Virus record (IMG/VR): IMGVR_UViG_3300034073_002480
Span: 74,723-138,722 of that record
From: a virus
Reading direction: 5' to 3' (one strand)
Length of the DNA: 64,000 nt
Shown: one piece after another, positions 12,305 to 24,183 of the stretch
Layout of the letters: every line of letters begins with the position of its first letter
How positions within the stretch are numbered: the first letter of the stretch is position 1
The notes under the pieces: generated by a model
The model's input: only the letters and a program-made list of their open reading frames with translations
Told to the model about the DNA's origin: nothing
Databases searched by the model: none
Position numbers and translations under genes: made by a program

Positions 12305-13132
12305 TTATTTCTCATTCAAATACACCTGTTTTGGTAAATAATCAGCAATCAAACCGTCCTCTGTAAGGTGACCTATACTGTGTGCTTTAAAAGCTTCATA
12401 GTCAAATTCTTCTTTATAAGCATAGCAACGCGCAATCTCACGAAAATTCTGCCAATACCACATAATGCAACGTTTATCTAAATATACAAGTTTTAGAGTA
12501 CGTGCTGTAGTAAAGACGATAAGAGACTCACAGACTGCATGTTGTTTATTAGTAGCACGGTTGAATCCAGCAGCATAGGCAGCAGCTTGCAAATAGTAGC
12601 CAATATAGAAATCAAGATCATAAAAGGTCTTGACGTTTTTCCAATCGAGAATTACATTTGTAGAACCTGTACCAATCTGCACATCTTGTTCGTTAGTAAA
12701 ACGAGAGCGATCCATGACAGCTACTGCATCCAGAGTACCTCCAAATCCAACTCTTTGGTCACTAGGATCTATCCACAAGATCTTCTTTTCTTGTAGAGGT
12801 AGATCAATCTTACATACAACTTTCTGTATATTGTTATAACGTGTGATTTCTTTCTTGTCTAATTTTGTGAGATCACCAGTCTCAATAGCTTCGTGAATTT
12901 TAGTGCCAGACTTCGCACCTTTTCTTCTATGGATCTCCGCTTCTTCAGCACCCATTTTCTCTACGTTTTTCTGATGCCAAGCACGGATAGCCTCTATGCC
13001 CTTCACGTTGTAGTGATCTTTTAATTTTGTCACAGAGGGGTATCGCATATCTGGTTGGCTGTTATGTATATAGAAACGGGAGTCAGTTGCAGTGTCATTT
13101 ATCTGCGTGATCTGAGAATCATCTAGGAACAT
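12305..13132 (-). CDS. PD-(D/E)XK exonuclease
   Basis: YPSVT, GTKIH, GTLD...ILDWK and YYLQAAAY motifs. Confidence 0.85.
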   Translation of the reverse strand: MFLDDSQITQINDTATDSRFYIHNSQPDMRYPSVTKLKDHYNVKGIEAIRAWHQKNVEKMGAEEAEIHRRKGAKSGTKIHEAIETGDLTKLDKKEITRYNNIQKVVCKIDLPLQEKKILWIDPSDQRVGFGGTLDAVAVMDRSRFTNEQDVQIGTGSTNVILDWKNVKTFYDLDFYIGYYLQAAAYAAGFNRATNKQHAVCESLIVFTTARTLKLVYLDKRCIMWYWQNFREIARCYAYKEEFDYEAFKAHSIGHLTEDGLIADYLPKQVYLNEK

Positions 13133-13808
13133 AGAAGAAAAGGTGAAGTGTTTATTTATTCTAGCACATCGGGACTTATTTCATCTACTAGTTCTTCTTT
13201 GGTGGCAAACAAATGATAATCTTCTATAATCTGTGATCCGTATTTGGTCTTGACACGGTATAATGAGTACCAACCTTCAACCCCATATTCCTCTTCTTGC
13301 AGAACAATACCTTTGTGTATTCTGTTGTTGCTTATAAACCAAACTTCATCTTGTGGTTCTATAACCATTGCTTTAACTCCAGAGCTTTTGCTACAGCATC
13401 TTGTGGGTTATCGAAAACAATATTGAGATCAACGTTAAAAAGTGGCACAGATGGAAGTGGCACACGAATTTCTACAGTTTCATTTGTTGTAGAAATTACA
13501 CAAGCTTTTTCGATACGTAAAGTGTCACGGTTATCTGCTTCTTCTATATACCACACAGTTTGACCAACAACAAAATTATGTAGTGGTGGATCAATAGCTG
13601 CTAACAAAGCTTCTTTTGTTGGAAAAAGTTTATTTGTGCATATGGATTTTTGACTCTCATATAGTTCAACATCGTCTGTACTTGCATAACGTACAGTACC
13701 TCTTCTGATTTTCGGTGTAGAGTCTATATACCACACGATATCGCCAGTTTTATACTTCATCTTCAACCTCAACAATAAAATCAATTACTTTCACAGACAG
13801 AATTAATG

Positions 13809-14087
13809 TCATATAGGTAACTCCATTAACGGTTGCCAGTAACAATCAGTCAAATCTTGTTCGTCACAGCAGATATGGTAGTCATTGAAGTCAGCAGCTA
13901 AGAGATGCCAACATTGATAAACTACAACCTCTTGTGGCACTCCATCTATAATACCTTCGTATTTGTAACCATACTTGCGTTCATAATAAGCTGTGCAGAC
14001 ACAACCACGAAGACCATAGAAAAGAAGGAAATGAGTACCATCCCTTGGTGCTGTGTCTAGTGTTTGCCAGTTATGTGTTGTTGTCAT
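13809..14087 (-). CDS. DUF551-like phage protein (likely start at MTTTHNWQ)
   Basis: WQTLDTAPRDG...YWQPL signature. Confidence 0.65.
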   Translation of the reverse strand: MTTTHNWQTLDTAPRDGTHFLLFYGLRGCVCTAYYERKYGYKYEGIIDGVPQEVVVYQCWHLLAADFNDYHICCDEQDLTDCYWQPLMELPI

Positions 14088-14482
14088 AGTTGTGGTGGTT
14101 GTGGTAAAGGTTGCCAATACAAGGGAGCAGGGTTTAGCATAGGTTGGCAACCAAAGTAATGGTCTGGATAAAAAATCCACCATGTAGGTGCATCGTATTT
14201 TGCGTGTTGCACACCATAAGTAGGATGGTAGACCAACACATACTTTTTGCTCGGTGCTGTAGTTATTGGTTGCCAAGGACTGAATAATTCGGGTAGTTTG
14301 TGTTGTATAAGTAGTTTACGTCCCACTGTATCAGGATCATCAACCCAAGCTTTATGTATGTTAGTTATATAACTCAATACATTGTAAGAAGTTCTCAACC
14401 TTCCTATCAATCTTGTAATACCATGTTCACCAACATCATCATAGTCAACAACTACAACTTCAATTTTATATACGTTTGTCAT
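14084..14482 (-). CDS. Phage protein with C-terminal DUF551-like domain
   Basis: WQPITTAP...YWQPLPQPP. Confidence 0.65.
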   Translation of the reverse strand: MTNVYKIEVVVVDYDDVGEHGITRLIGRLRTSYNVLSYITNIHKAWVDDPDTVGRKLLIQHKLPELFSPWQPITTAPSKKYVLVYHPTYGVQHAKYDAPTWWIFYPDHYFGCQPMLNPAPLYWQPLPQPPQL

Positions 14483-14550
14483 TATTTTCTTCCATATGTT
14501 TGATTAGTTTTTGACAGTGAGTTCGCTATCACAGCAGTAAGTAACGTCTG

Positions 14551-15183
14551 TTAAGACATCGATATCAAGTTACGCACAACCTGTTTTTGTTTCCAATGCT
14601 TTGCAGTGTCTTGTATATGCCCTTGCCTTACAAACTTACCTATGTTCAAACGAAAGTCCTCATAACCAAAAGAACCAGCATTGCGTATGACATAACCTTC
14701 AGTCACAGAGAAATCCAACTTTCTTTCTATGTCTCGTATCTTCTGGCGATCATACAACCCATAGTATAAAACAGGTACAGGGGTAACGCCTAACAACGCA
14801 AACCAGTCTAAAGTGTCAGACCATGATAAACATTGATTAGAATCGTTCCATATAGAAAAACCGTAGAAATAAGTGGTGAGGTTATTATAAAAAATACTGT
14901 GTTTAGCATATACGTTTTCACCGCAAAGTCGCCAATTTACAGGGATATCATGTTGGAAGCCAGTGAATAACTGTTTAACCCAATCTCTACTTTCATGACT
15001 AGCAGAGTCTATACTCCTAGCATGAGAATAGTTAGAGTAAACTGTTGTATTTTCACCATCTAGTTTCTCAGTAACAACTACTGTCATACTTTCAAACTGT
15101 GTATCTGTTTGTAATGTTTTGTCATCACTAGTTGCACTTTGTGACCAAGGTAGATGATAAGTGCGTGGGTATTTAGTATACAT
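14551..15183 (-). CDS. ATP-dependent RNA ligase (Rnl2-like nucleotidyltransferase domain)
   Basis: KYPRTYHLPWS, motif I EKLDGEN, GEN, FYGF, EGYVIR, GKFVR. Confidence 0.85.
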   Translation of the reverse strand: MYTKYPRTYHLPWSQSATSDDKTLQTDTQFESMTVVVTEKLDGENTTVYSNYSHARSIDSASHESRDWVKQLFTGFQHDIPVNWRLCGENVYAKHSIFYNNLTTYFYGFSIWNDSNQCLSWSDTLDWFALLGVTPVPVLYYGLYDRQKIRDIERKLDFSVTEGYVIRNAGSFGYEDFRLNIGKFVRQGHIQDTAKHWKQKQVVRNLISMS

Positions 15184-15506
15184 TTTATTTACCTAATACA
15201 CGTAATCTATGTAAAACCACAGGGAATTTAGAATCCCACTCAGCAGATCCGTAGTATAAATCTTTGTATAAGTTGTAATAAGCTTCAACTTGCTTCAGTA
15301 TCTCTTGTGGATCAGTATTATTATGTTTAAGCACAGAAATAAGTTCCAAAAAACCAGCAGTACGTTCTTTATATATAGATGATTCTAAGGTAAGTTTAAA
15401 ATGTAACCCAAACAAAAAACCTACAATTACACGATGAGCAAAAGGTCGTGTACCCCATGTACACCAACCGATTTTGTTGAGTAAACCCCAAAAGTAATCA
15501 CACATA

Positions 15507-15839
15507 CTATAAGTCCCATATACGTTCTAAACATTTCAATTGATAACAAGGGTACATAGGAGGATAAGGATCTAAATGACCATCAGAATCAAGAGTACAT
15601 TCAAAATCCTCAACATAGAAAAGAACATAAGGCAGTAGATGCCTGTACTCACTACATAACAATGATTGCATGGTGGATAATACTAATTCTTGTGCTGTGT
15701 GGAACACAAAAATAAAACCAGTATCTTTGCACTCTACAAGTTTTTCTAACCAACTACGGCATTCTGCTTCTATGTCACAATCGCGATATAGTTGTACAGA
15801 TTTATCTTGCTCTGTATATAGAATTTCTAGTTTAGCCAT
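15507..15839 (-). CDS. Hypothetical protein, paralog of 43950..44270
   Basis: TAQELVL...EYRHLLPYVLFYVE versus TGQELVL...EYKHLQPYVTFLVD. Confidence 0.6.
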   Translation of the reverse strand: MAKLEILYTEQDKSVQLYRDCDIEAECRSWLEKLVECKDTGFIFVFHTAQELVLSTMQSLLCSEYRHLLPYVLFYVEDFECTLDSDGHLDPYPPMYPCYQLKCLERIWDL

Positions 15840-18785
15840 GTATAATCCACACTAGTAAAGATAAAACTACAAATTTTTCAAACATATCGGCTCTGGTGCA
15901 GGTGGCATATCATCAATAGGTGGTAGAGAAGGAATAGTATCATCGTCATCGCCCATATTATTATAACCTCACAGTTTTTGTTTTTAAATAGTCGTATATA
16001 TCAAAACCATCTGGTGATACCCATTGAACCCAGTATGCTTCGCCATCATCTTCAGTCGGGTATACCCAATTATTTAATGCAGCATATACAGCAAGTTCTT
16101 CTTGTGGTCTTGCTTTGTATAAATAACCTCTACATATTTCTCTTGCCAGTAGAAAGTCTCTATGTTCCAACAAAGCATGAAAGACACGTATAGCTTCTTG
16201 TTCATTTCCAAGATCATAAATAAAAGGTTGTGGTGTCCAATTATCATACCAAAATACAATGCGGTATTTACCCATAGTCATATTCTGTAGCTCCTAATTC
16301 CTTGGTTATCTGTAAAAAGTATCTATGTGTGAAGCACAACCAACAATCAAAATCATTTGTAGCTCTTGGTGTCAGCAACTCATGTATTGAAGACCATAGA
16401 AGAGAAAGCGTTTGCTCTGTAATAGGTAGTATAGCTCTCCACCAACCATCATCTATACTGTACAATGAAAGACATTGCCAAGGTTCTTTATGACGACCAC
16501 CACCCAAATGATGTCGTGTCAGCGCTAGTTCATTGTATTGTCTGTTATATAAATGCAAAGCATCAGATGGTGTAACTTTTACCACACAAGCATATGTTTC
16601 ACTGTACACATCACCAGAATTACCTATTCTTTTTCTATGGTATGTTTGTCCTAACAAAGGATCTAATTCTTCAGGAGACATTGTGTATAAGTTGTACATA
16701 TTCTCTTCAATGAGTTGTAGGTTACTCATACAACTACCTCTTTCTGCCAATAACAAACACCAATTACACCTATATATGATTCCTGTTGTTTAGAGTCTAC
16801 GCCTAGAGTGTCATCAAACAAACGGCATCTCTTATGCCCACCATCGTTGTAGAAATAAGGGCAGATATGCATCTTGTAATCCCAACACACGGACTCAGGT
16901 GGTACTTGCGTTAGTTTTATAATCATACTCAGGCTCCATCAAGTTTATCAACCATCTTACACGAAATGAACACTGCCAACGATCAGAAATATAGGACAGA
17001 TCACCTTTGATAGATTCTTCGTCAGTCATCTCTAACAAACCCAAACCATCACCATGATCTACAGGTGGAGAAGCTGTGTAACCATAAGTCTCGAAACCCG
17101 ACCTATAATCAGGATCTCTAGCCAACAATACAAGCTCGTAATGTCGCTTGAGCCATAGAAGAAAAGGTTGGAGCTTCTGTTTGATTTGTTGTAGAGACAG
17201 TGGTTCCAGTACAGCATTATAACCAAAAGAATCCATCAACACACAGAAGTCTTTGTGTTTCTTACAACTATATCTAGGTCTGCGGTTACGTCTTTTGTAG
17301 CGTATAGACAACTGGTTGTATTCGTCACTTCTTTTTCTTCTACGGTTCTTGCACTTACGTTTGTAAAAGTAAGTAAACCAAGGATCGTTACAGGACATAT
17401 TACCGACCTCTGTATAATTTATTTATAATAGGTACACACGATAAGAAGTAGTGGTTAGCTCTTACAACAGAATTATCTACATCGTATAATTCTTTATGTA
17501 GATCCAACAACTGCTCATGGTTTAAACCAGCTTCTATATCTAAATGTCTAATAAAGTCTCTGTCATAAGATCTGATAGCATCACCAAAATACATCTCTAG
17601 CAACACTGCATCAGCTAGGCTTTGAAAATACATAGCTATACCTTTTTCTCTGCACATTGTTGTTTCATAGGAACCTCGGATCGGTGCATCTTTCGTAAGA
17701 TCCTTGAAGTAAACAGAATATTGTGTAAGACGAGTAACTAGATCCTTACCTTTGTTACTGACAGGATCATCTTGATTTACTATAGCTATATTGTTTAAGG
17801 CAGGTGATTTCAGATTGTATTTGTCTGTATTTCTTTCTATGTATAGTTTTACAAGAACAGAAGATAGTATACCGACAAGAAAATAATCATCTGTGATCTC
17901 ATGGATCTCCAAACGTCCTTTTCTCCAACCATAGTGTTTCTTTAGCTCCAGTATGAACCCTTTTGGTTTGTTACCTTTTATATACTGCTCTAGAGTTATT
18001 ACAGGTGTGGTAAAATCCATACCTTGCTTAAGTAACCAATCATACATCATAATTAATTCACAGGTACTAATATTAAATGTGTATCTTCGTCTTCTATGGT
18101 TTCACCAGACCATGTGTTATAAGGTTCATAACCAGCTAAGCCTATACATGCTAGAGGGCTGTAAGCATTACCTTCAGCATCTTTTTGTATAATGATTTCT
18201 TTGTCGAGATCAGCTTCAGTTGTTTCTGCTAATAAATCACGTAGTGTCATATTACACCTCTATATCTGGTTCATGGTTAGCAACCCATTGTGCGTACCAC
18301 TCTGGGTTTGTTTTTAATTCTTGATGTATAATCTGCCAACACTGGTATATACGATCTCTTACGTCTGTACCATTGCTATCGGTGTCAAAGTCTTCGTAAT
18401 CAAAACAAGCGCCCCAAATAGCGTTCTGTATATCTTTCGGCGGTACATTGCCATACTTCATGGGTTGATCCATAACACTTGTGAGATGTTTAGCTTGATT
18501 TCTTGACATGTTTATATAACCAATCTATATATTTAAAAGATTCCCCTCCGAAATCAACTAGTCCTTGATGACTAGAGTGTAGGGCTTCGTGGGCAGGTGC
18601 ATATAGCGCAGGGTGTCGTTGCAAAAAAGATGACAAATCTTCTTCATATCTCTGACAAAAAGGTATCTCGTAGTTGTAGGTATAATGCCAATAACCACCA
18701 AGAAATCGGTCAGATACACGAGCTACATAGATGTAACCGTTATCTAAAACCCATACAGTTATACGAGGTTTACTTAACATTTTTT

Positions 18786-18992
18786 CTATGGCTCTAATAT
18801 ATATGACCAATGTGTAGGTTTATTGAACCGTTCTATTTTGCAAGTAACCCAACCTGTTAAATCCCACTTTTCAGGATCATTAGAATCAAACCATCTACTC
18901 ACTTCTACAACAGGTATTGTGTGGTCTAAAAAAGATGCTAATAATATCCATTCACCATCTTTAGGTGCAGTTTCAATAGGTTGCCAATTCAT
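18786..18992 (-). CDS. DUF551-like phage protein
   Basis: WQPIETAPKDG...PTHW. Confidence 0.7.
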   Translation of the reverse strand: MNWQPIETAPKDGEWILLASFLDHTIPVVEVSRWFDSNDPEKWDLTGWVTCKIERFNKPTHWSYILEP

Positions 18993-19324
18993 GATTTACC
19001 TCAAAATAAACTAATATATTATTGTCAATATCATAATCAAGGCTTACAAAATTCTGCGTTATTACAATAATTTGTGTAATAGCATGAAGTAATTTATCCT
19101 GATTACCAAGACTTATACGACAATAGTTTGGTTCTTCGTACTCGCACGAAAAATCATTTTTGAGAAAACATTTTTTCAAAGTAGGTAGTAGTGTTTTCTC
19201 TAAATACTCTTTTTCTTCTGCTGACTCGAATACAAGTACAATACTTTGATAGTTTAACGGCATAATAACACCATAGAAAAAACAAAAGACGCTGCCGAAA
19301 CAACATCTTTCTTTTATTTATAAA

Positions 19325-19396
19325 TAGGCGCGGTTGGATTCTAACCAACATACCATCTGTTATGAGCAGAGTTCCTTGACTGTCGGACACGCGCCC
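19325..19396 (-). tRNA. tRNA with CAT anticodon (elongator Met or Ile2); CCA not encoded
   Basis: Minus strand GGGCGCG...CGCGCCT-A acceptor stem; anticodon arm TCTG-CTCATAA-CAGA; T arm GTTGG-TTAGAAT-CCAAC. Confidence 0.85.
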
Positions 19397-19627
19397 AAAT
19401 GAAGGTTATACGTTACCTACAAACGTGAAATGTCGAACCGATCCTAGCAAGAGAGGTGTTCTCGTCCACGCCAACTGTACCGAGATTATGATCCACAAGG
19501 CTATTATTGGCAGCCCTTATGCTACTTCCTGAAGAGTGTTTTTCATACAAGATCGCTTTTTTCATGTCAGCCGACATTGGTTTTAACAGGGGACTCCTAA
19601 GAGCGCGTAGCTGTTATTGTGTATAGG

Positions 19628-20068
19628 TTAGAAAGGCACATCTAGGTCTGAAGATGGTGGTGCTGCTGGTGCTGAAGGACGTTTGGTTGTTGCTGTAGAT
19701 TCAACAGCAGACTCATTATCAAACTTACGATCCAATAATACAATATCTGAAGGATTCTTGATTAAGAGTTCAGTTTTAGTAGAACCATCATTGGCTTGAT
19801 AGGTACGAGTTACCAGATTGCCAAGCACAAACAAACGGCAAGGATTTTCAGCAGTATGTTTATGGATTTTCTCTGCCAGAGCTATACCAAGTTTATTCCA
19901 GATTTCAACAGTGATCCATTCAGCAGGAGCATATTGTTCACCTTCTGCTTTCTTTTCACCGTTTAAAGCACGAACTTTAACCTTTAAAACAGCACTACCT
20001 GAGTCAAAATACTTAAGCTCAGGATCTTGTGAAACAGTAGCATCAGAAAGTGTAATTTTGATAGACAT
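19628..20068 (-). CDS. ssb: Single-stranded DNA-binding protein
   Basis: DPELKYFDSG...WITVEIW...GNLVTRTY OB fold; acidic C-terminal DLDVPF. Confidence 0.9.
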   Translation of the reverse strand: MSIKITLSDATVSQDPELKYFDSGSAVLKVKVRALNGEKKAEGEQYAPAEWITVEIWNKLGIALAEKIHKHTAENPCRLFVLGNLVTRTYQANDGSTKTELLIKNPSDIVLLDRKFDNESAVESTATTKRPSAPAAPPSSDLDVPF

Positions 20069-20088
20069 AGTTTTTTGTTAGTTATTGT

Positions 20089-20409
20089 TTAGATTTGATG
20101 TGTACCTTCAACATTACGTTGTTCACGTTGTTGAGTGCGATGATTTAACCAGTGTAATGCTTCTTCAAGCTTGGTGATAGCAAGTGCATTTTCACGACAG
20201 GCAAACTTAGAAGATTGGTAGTATTGAATCCTTTGCAAAGCGGCAGCAATTACAGTTTCAACAAAAGCACCATTAGGTTGTTGGCGTTCAGCACCACGAC
20301 CTAAAGCACCATCTTGCCAATCGATCCGTAATCCAGTTCCAACTACATAACCACCAGCAGGATTTCCATCAGGATCATTATAGTTTTTAAATTCAAATGT
20401 ATCAATCAT
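20089..20409 (-). CDS. tad1: Tad1-family anti-defence sponge protein
   Basis: WQDG...NGAFVE...RIQYYQSSKFACRENALAITKLEEALHWLNHRTQQREQRNVEGT matches the Tad1 pattern (FQEG...NG...CRENAMAITKL.E.LMWL.KRT.DRE..GIEGT). Confidence 0.85.
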   Translation of the reverse strand: MIDTFEFKNYNDPDGNPAGGYVVGTGLRIDWQDGALGRGAERQQPNGAFVETVIAAALQRIQYYQSSKFACRENALAITKLEEALHWLNHRTQQREQRNVEGTHQI

Positions 20410-20450
20410 TATAATCTCTTTAGTGGTTTATTTTTCCATAGTGTGTAGTT

Positions 20451-20478
20451 ATTATAGCATACTGATAGTGGTTGTCAA
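20451..20478 (-). promoter_or_regulatory. Consensus sigma70-type promoter upstream of tad1/ssb
   Basis: Minus strand TTGACA-16 nt-TATAAT with extended -10 TG. Confidence 0.8.
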
Positions 20479-20899
20479 GCGTAAGCATCCATTTCTGGGT
20501 AAATAGGTTCATCATCTGGTTGTACAGCAATATCTGGTACATAGAAATCAGTACCTAATAACCAATCTAGAATTGGTACATTACCAGCTTGAGGTTCAAA
20601 TTTAGTCATAAACAAATTAATATCTATTTCTGACACTTGATAATCAACCAACCATTCTTGGTAAGAGTAGTAAGATACTACCCCAAAAGAAAGTTCAGCA
20701 TCATCAGTAGGTAAATAATAGAAATAGTTATCTACAGATACACACAAAGATGCCCAATCTTCTTTATTATATAATCGCCAACCTCTAGATGTAGGCAACT
20801 CAGGATTATTGCTAGGATTAGAGTTGTAAATAACAAGGAGCATATTAAGTACCACACAACAACAAGTAGTAATTAGAAGGGTACTACCAATCCTTGTGA

Positions 20900-21805
20900 T
20901 TACACGGTCAAACCAGCTTCTTTAGCTTTAGCACCCAAAGAAACACCCAGAGCTTTAAGGTCATCAGTCGCCATAGAAAGAAAAATAGTAGGATCTCTCT
21001 CTTCTATGGCTTTGATTTCGGTATCAGTTAACAGACCAGCACCTAATAGCGCACCTTCGATCTCACGAATCCTAGCAGCATACTTTTTCTTAGTCTCTGT
21101 TTCAGGGTCTACACCATCAGACAGATATTGTGCCAACACAATACCAGTTTGAGGTGTAATCACAAACAAAGGTTCAGTGAACAAACCACCTTCTGATTTA
21201 TCGCAGACGCAGTTATGTGCGCGATCTTGGATATCAAATACAAAATCCATTTCGTAAGGAAAATTACTATTTTGTTGTGTACCTAAGCCAAGTTTTACGA
21301 CTTGCTTACGACCATTTACCTCTTGTTGTTCATGTTTGATATCAGATCTAGCTGTGATAATCACATGGACTTTAGCGCTAATAACTTTCTTGACAAAGCG
21401 CAAATGACCTGCTTTTGCTTTACCCCAGTCGGTGTAACGACCACCAAGTTTTTGCTGTAATTCTTTGACGTACTCCCACTCGTGGGTTGCTGAGTCTAGA
21501 ATCACAGCATCATAGCCGTTCTGCTCTGCAAGTTCAATAGCTTTGATATAGTCATCCGATGTTACATCTTGGGAAGACACTTCAATAACATCATATTCAA
21601 AACCCTCAAGTTCAGGCATATCAACTTTCAATGATGCACGACCATTTTCTGTATCTAATACAAGAACCTTACCATTGTTAGTTAAACCTTTAGCTAGTAG
21701 TAAGCTACTTCCAGTCTTACCACTTCCCGTTTGTCCTGTAATCAAACAACGTAGTTTTTTACTGACTTTCGTTGCTTTCTTAATACTAGCTGCTGTAATT
21801 GCCAT
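20900..21805 (-). CDS. Sak4-like (AAA_24) recombination ATPase
   Basis: GQTGSGKT Walker A, LDTENG, ILDSATHEW, YEMD; lies near ssb. Confidence 0.75.
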   Translation of the reverse strand: MAITAASIKKATKVSKKLRCLITGQTGSGKTGSSLLLAKGLTNNGKVLVLDTENGRASLKVDMPELEGFEYDVIEVSSQDVTSDDYIKAIELAEQNGYDAVILDSATHEWEYVKELQQKLGGRYTDWGKAKAGHLRFVKKVISAKVHVIITARSDIKHEQQEVNGRKQVVKLGLGTQQNSNFPYEMDFVFDIQDRAHNCVCDKSEGGLFTEPLFVITPQTGIVLAQYLSDGVDPETETKKKYAARIREIEGALLGAGLLTDTEIKAIEERDPTIFLSMATDDLKALGVSLGAKAKEAGLTV

Positions 21806-22143
21806 GTGTTTATTGTATCTCTTGTAGTTTGTTGTAGTAAGGTAGCAAAGGATTGGATTGTGCTAGAAAAACATCTAACACCACGAACTTTCTCTGCCAC
21901 CATACAGATTGAGAAGCGAGAGCGCGTGAAAAACCCCAACCTTCAGATATAACCGAGAAATCGATCTCAGATGCATTATATAAACGCACAGTATGCTGTA
22001 GAGGATCATAAGACTGGATCGTGTACACCGAAGGATACCACAAACCATTACTATATGATCCCATCAGGACAGCATCTTTAGCGGTGTACATTACGCACTT
22101 GGTTTTTGGCTCGAACATACTTAGTTGTAGAAACGACTAGTAT

Positions 22144-22153
22144 ATTATAGCAC
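22144..22153 (-). promoter_or_regulatory. Extended -10 promoter
   Basis: Minus strand TGTGCTATAAT upstream of the 21810..22118 ORF. Confidence 0.5.
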
Positions 22154-22597
22154 ATCGTCTAAGAAACCTGCATTGTCATCAGGTGTAGGTTCAACCGTTT
22201 GCATTGTCACCCTCCTTTTTGTACACCCGTTGCTTGGCTACTTCTTTCTGTAGCCGAGACACCAAACGTCTGATAGCAACCAAAGTAGTTGTGTTTAGAT
22301 TAAAAGGCTTAAGAAATTTGTCTTCAATCTCTACAATAAATTCTTCAGAGAAAGCTTCAGTAGGTTCCCACAGATAAGAGCCACCAGTTAATGTGTGGTA
22401 GTAATAGTTGTGCAAGAACACAAGATACTTAACCTTCACAGGCTCATCCAACGTAGAAAAGAAGGTGGCAGCTTGGGTTAAACCTTGTTCTTGGATTTCT
22501 GTTGCAAGCGTGTTCAAATTGATTTCCGTGTTCGGTGGTTGTTTTGCAAGATAAGCTTGCAGTACAGATGCGGAAATTTTAGTTGCCATATTTGTAG

Positions 22598-23005
22598 TTA
22601 TTTACTGTTATAAAGTGTAGATGCTAATCTACCATCATATTGGTCAGGATAATTGTCTTTCAAAAATGCCATCCATTCGCGGATACTTAGGAAGTCATTC
22701 TCTACCAACAACTGTTGCAAAGCGTTGGTATCAAGTTGTTCTTGTGGTTGCAAAAAAGACTCTAGTAGATGTATCTTTTGCTGATATCGCTCAACAGCCC
22801 CAGAATCGCGCAGTAACGCCTGTGTTTGTCGATAGGATGTCAACAGACGTTCGATTGTTTTCTGTGCCTTGACGGGTTGTTTTTGGCTCAATCCATAAGC
22901 TATATCTTGCTTGAGAACCACAAGATCGTCCAATCGATTTTTATCACCCGCTAAACGTGCTTCGCGGATACCTACTGTGATTTGTTCGAGAATGTTAGTC
23001 ATCAA
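22598..23005 (-). CDS. GatB/YqeY-like protein
   Basis: IREARLAGDK N-terminus and MAFLKDNYPDQYDG C-terminus, typical of phage YqeY-like proteins. Confidence 0.55.
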   Translation of the reverse strand: MMTNILEQITVGIREARLAGDKNRLDDLVVLKQDIAYGLSQKQPVKAQKTIERLLTSYRQTQALLRDSGAVERYQQKIHLLESFLQPQEQLDTNALQQLLVENDFLSIREWMAFLKDNYPDQYDGRLASTLYNSK

Positions 23006-23832
23006 ATCCTACCTCAACAGCAACAAAAGCTAGATCCTCTCCTTCGGTACGGATAGGTTTGACTACCACACTATAAGTAGATAGTAGGTCATCAACTAGT
23101 TCACCATCTGTTTTATCCACCAATTCCAGAGTATGTTGATACCACACCTTTGTCTTGCGTTCGACAGGCACAATAGCTGTCGTATCTTGCTGTGTTGTCA
23201 GCACATCTTGTAACTGTACAAAGAGATTGTATACATATTGACCTTGTGCAGCATAAGACTCTGGATCTTCTGATTGATAGAGATCTACCCATAGTTGGGA
23301 AAAAGACTCAGCATCATACTCTTGTGTAAGATCGAGACCTACAGCTTTACTGAGAGCAAGCACTAAGTCTTGTGGAGTTGGTTGACCACCTTTCTTTCTA
23401 CGGTTCTTGGATAAAGCTGCCATATTGTTTTCGTTTTATTATTGTGTATAGACTGTAGATTAACGTCTTCAGACAGACAAAATAAGTTAAAAACCTAATT
23501 CTGACTTCGCTTCTATAGTTTTTTGTGGTAAAGCATAATCGTAAGCAGTTTGCATCTGTAGTACAAAATCATCGGTTAAACCACGTAATACAGCTTCCAG
23601 AATATAAGGCATAAGTGTTTCATGAGCTTTACTGATAATCTGTTGTGGATCAGCTTGTGGTTGGTTCCTATACAATACACCAATAACTGTACTCACAGGT
23701 TTATCTTTGTTCTCTAATTGCAGACGAGCATTTTCAATCTGCCGTAAATGCATACGGATAATGTTTACCAAATGTGTATTTTCTAGCATGACGATAGGAG
23801 TCAACCCATCTTGTGTTTTGTGGTTATAAAAA

Positions 23833-24183
23833 TCAGCCATGTAAATCTATCTCCTGTTTATAAATACCAATAGAAAAATCAATAAGAGAGTTATCGGAAA
23901 AATGTTTAACTGCGGGACAGTTGTGGCTATCACTATCATATAGTAACACTTTTAACCAATCATTTTTTGTAGCTAATAAACTAAACATTTTTACTACTAA
24001 GTAATCATTAGTACCTAAATAAATATCTTGAGCTTCAAGATCTAACTGTAAAAGATTGTGGATTAATTTCTGTACATAAGTAGGATGTAATCCAACACCA
24101 AAGTTATCAAAAACAATATCACCAGACTCAATTTTCTGACATAGAAAAGAGGTTTTCTTTTTACCTATAACAACTATTAACAT
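23833..24183 (-). CDS. Degenerate fragment resembling the C-terminal part of an ABC/AAA_21 ATPase
   Basis: IVFDNFGVGLHP...IYLGTNDY resembles hhhDEPExxLHP...hhhTTHS. Confidence 0.4.
   Translation of the reverse strand: MLIVVIGKKKTSFLCQKIESGDIVFDNFGVGLHPTYVQKLIHNLLQLDLEAQDIYLGTNDYLVVKMFSLLATKNDWLKVLLYDSDSHNCPAVKHFSDNSLIDFSIGIYKQEIDLHG

Noticed and set aside
19154-19390. 78 aa minus-strand ORF
   Set aside because: It overlaps the tRNA and the next gene; probably spurious.
23424-23486. Possible third hammerhead (CUGAAGA...GAAA on the minus strand)
   Set aside because: No stem I can form, and the stem II/III register does not fit the core.
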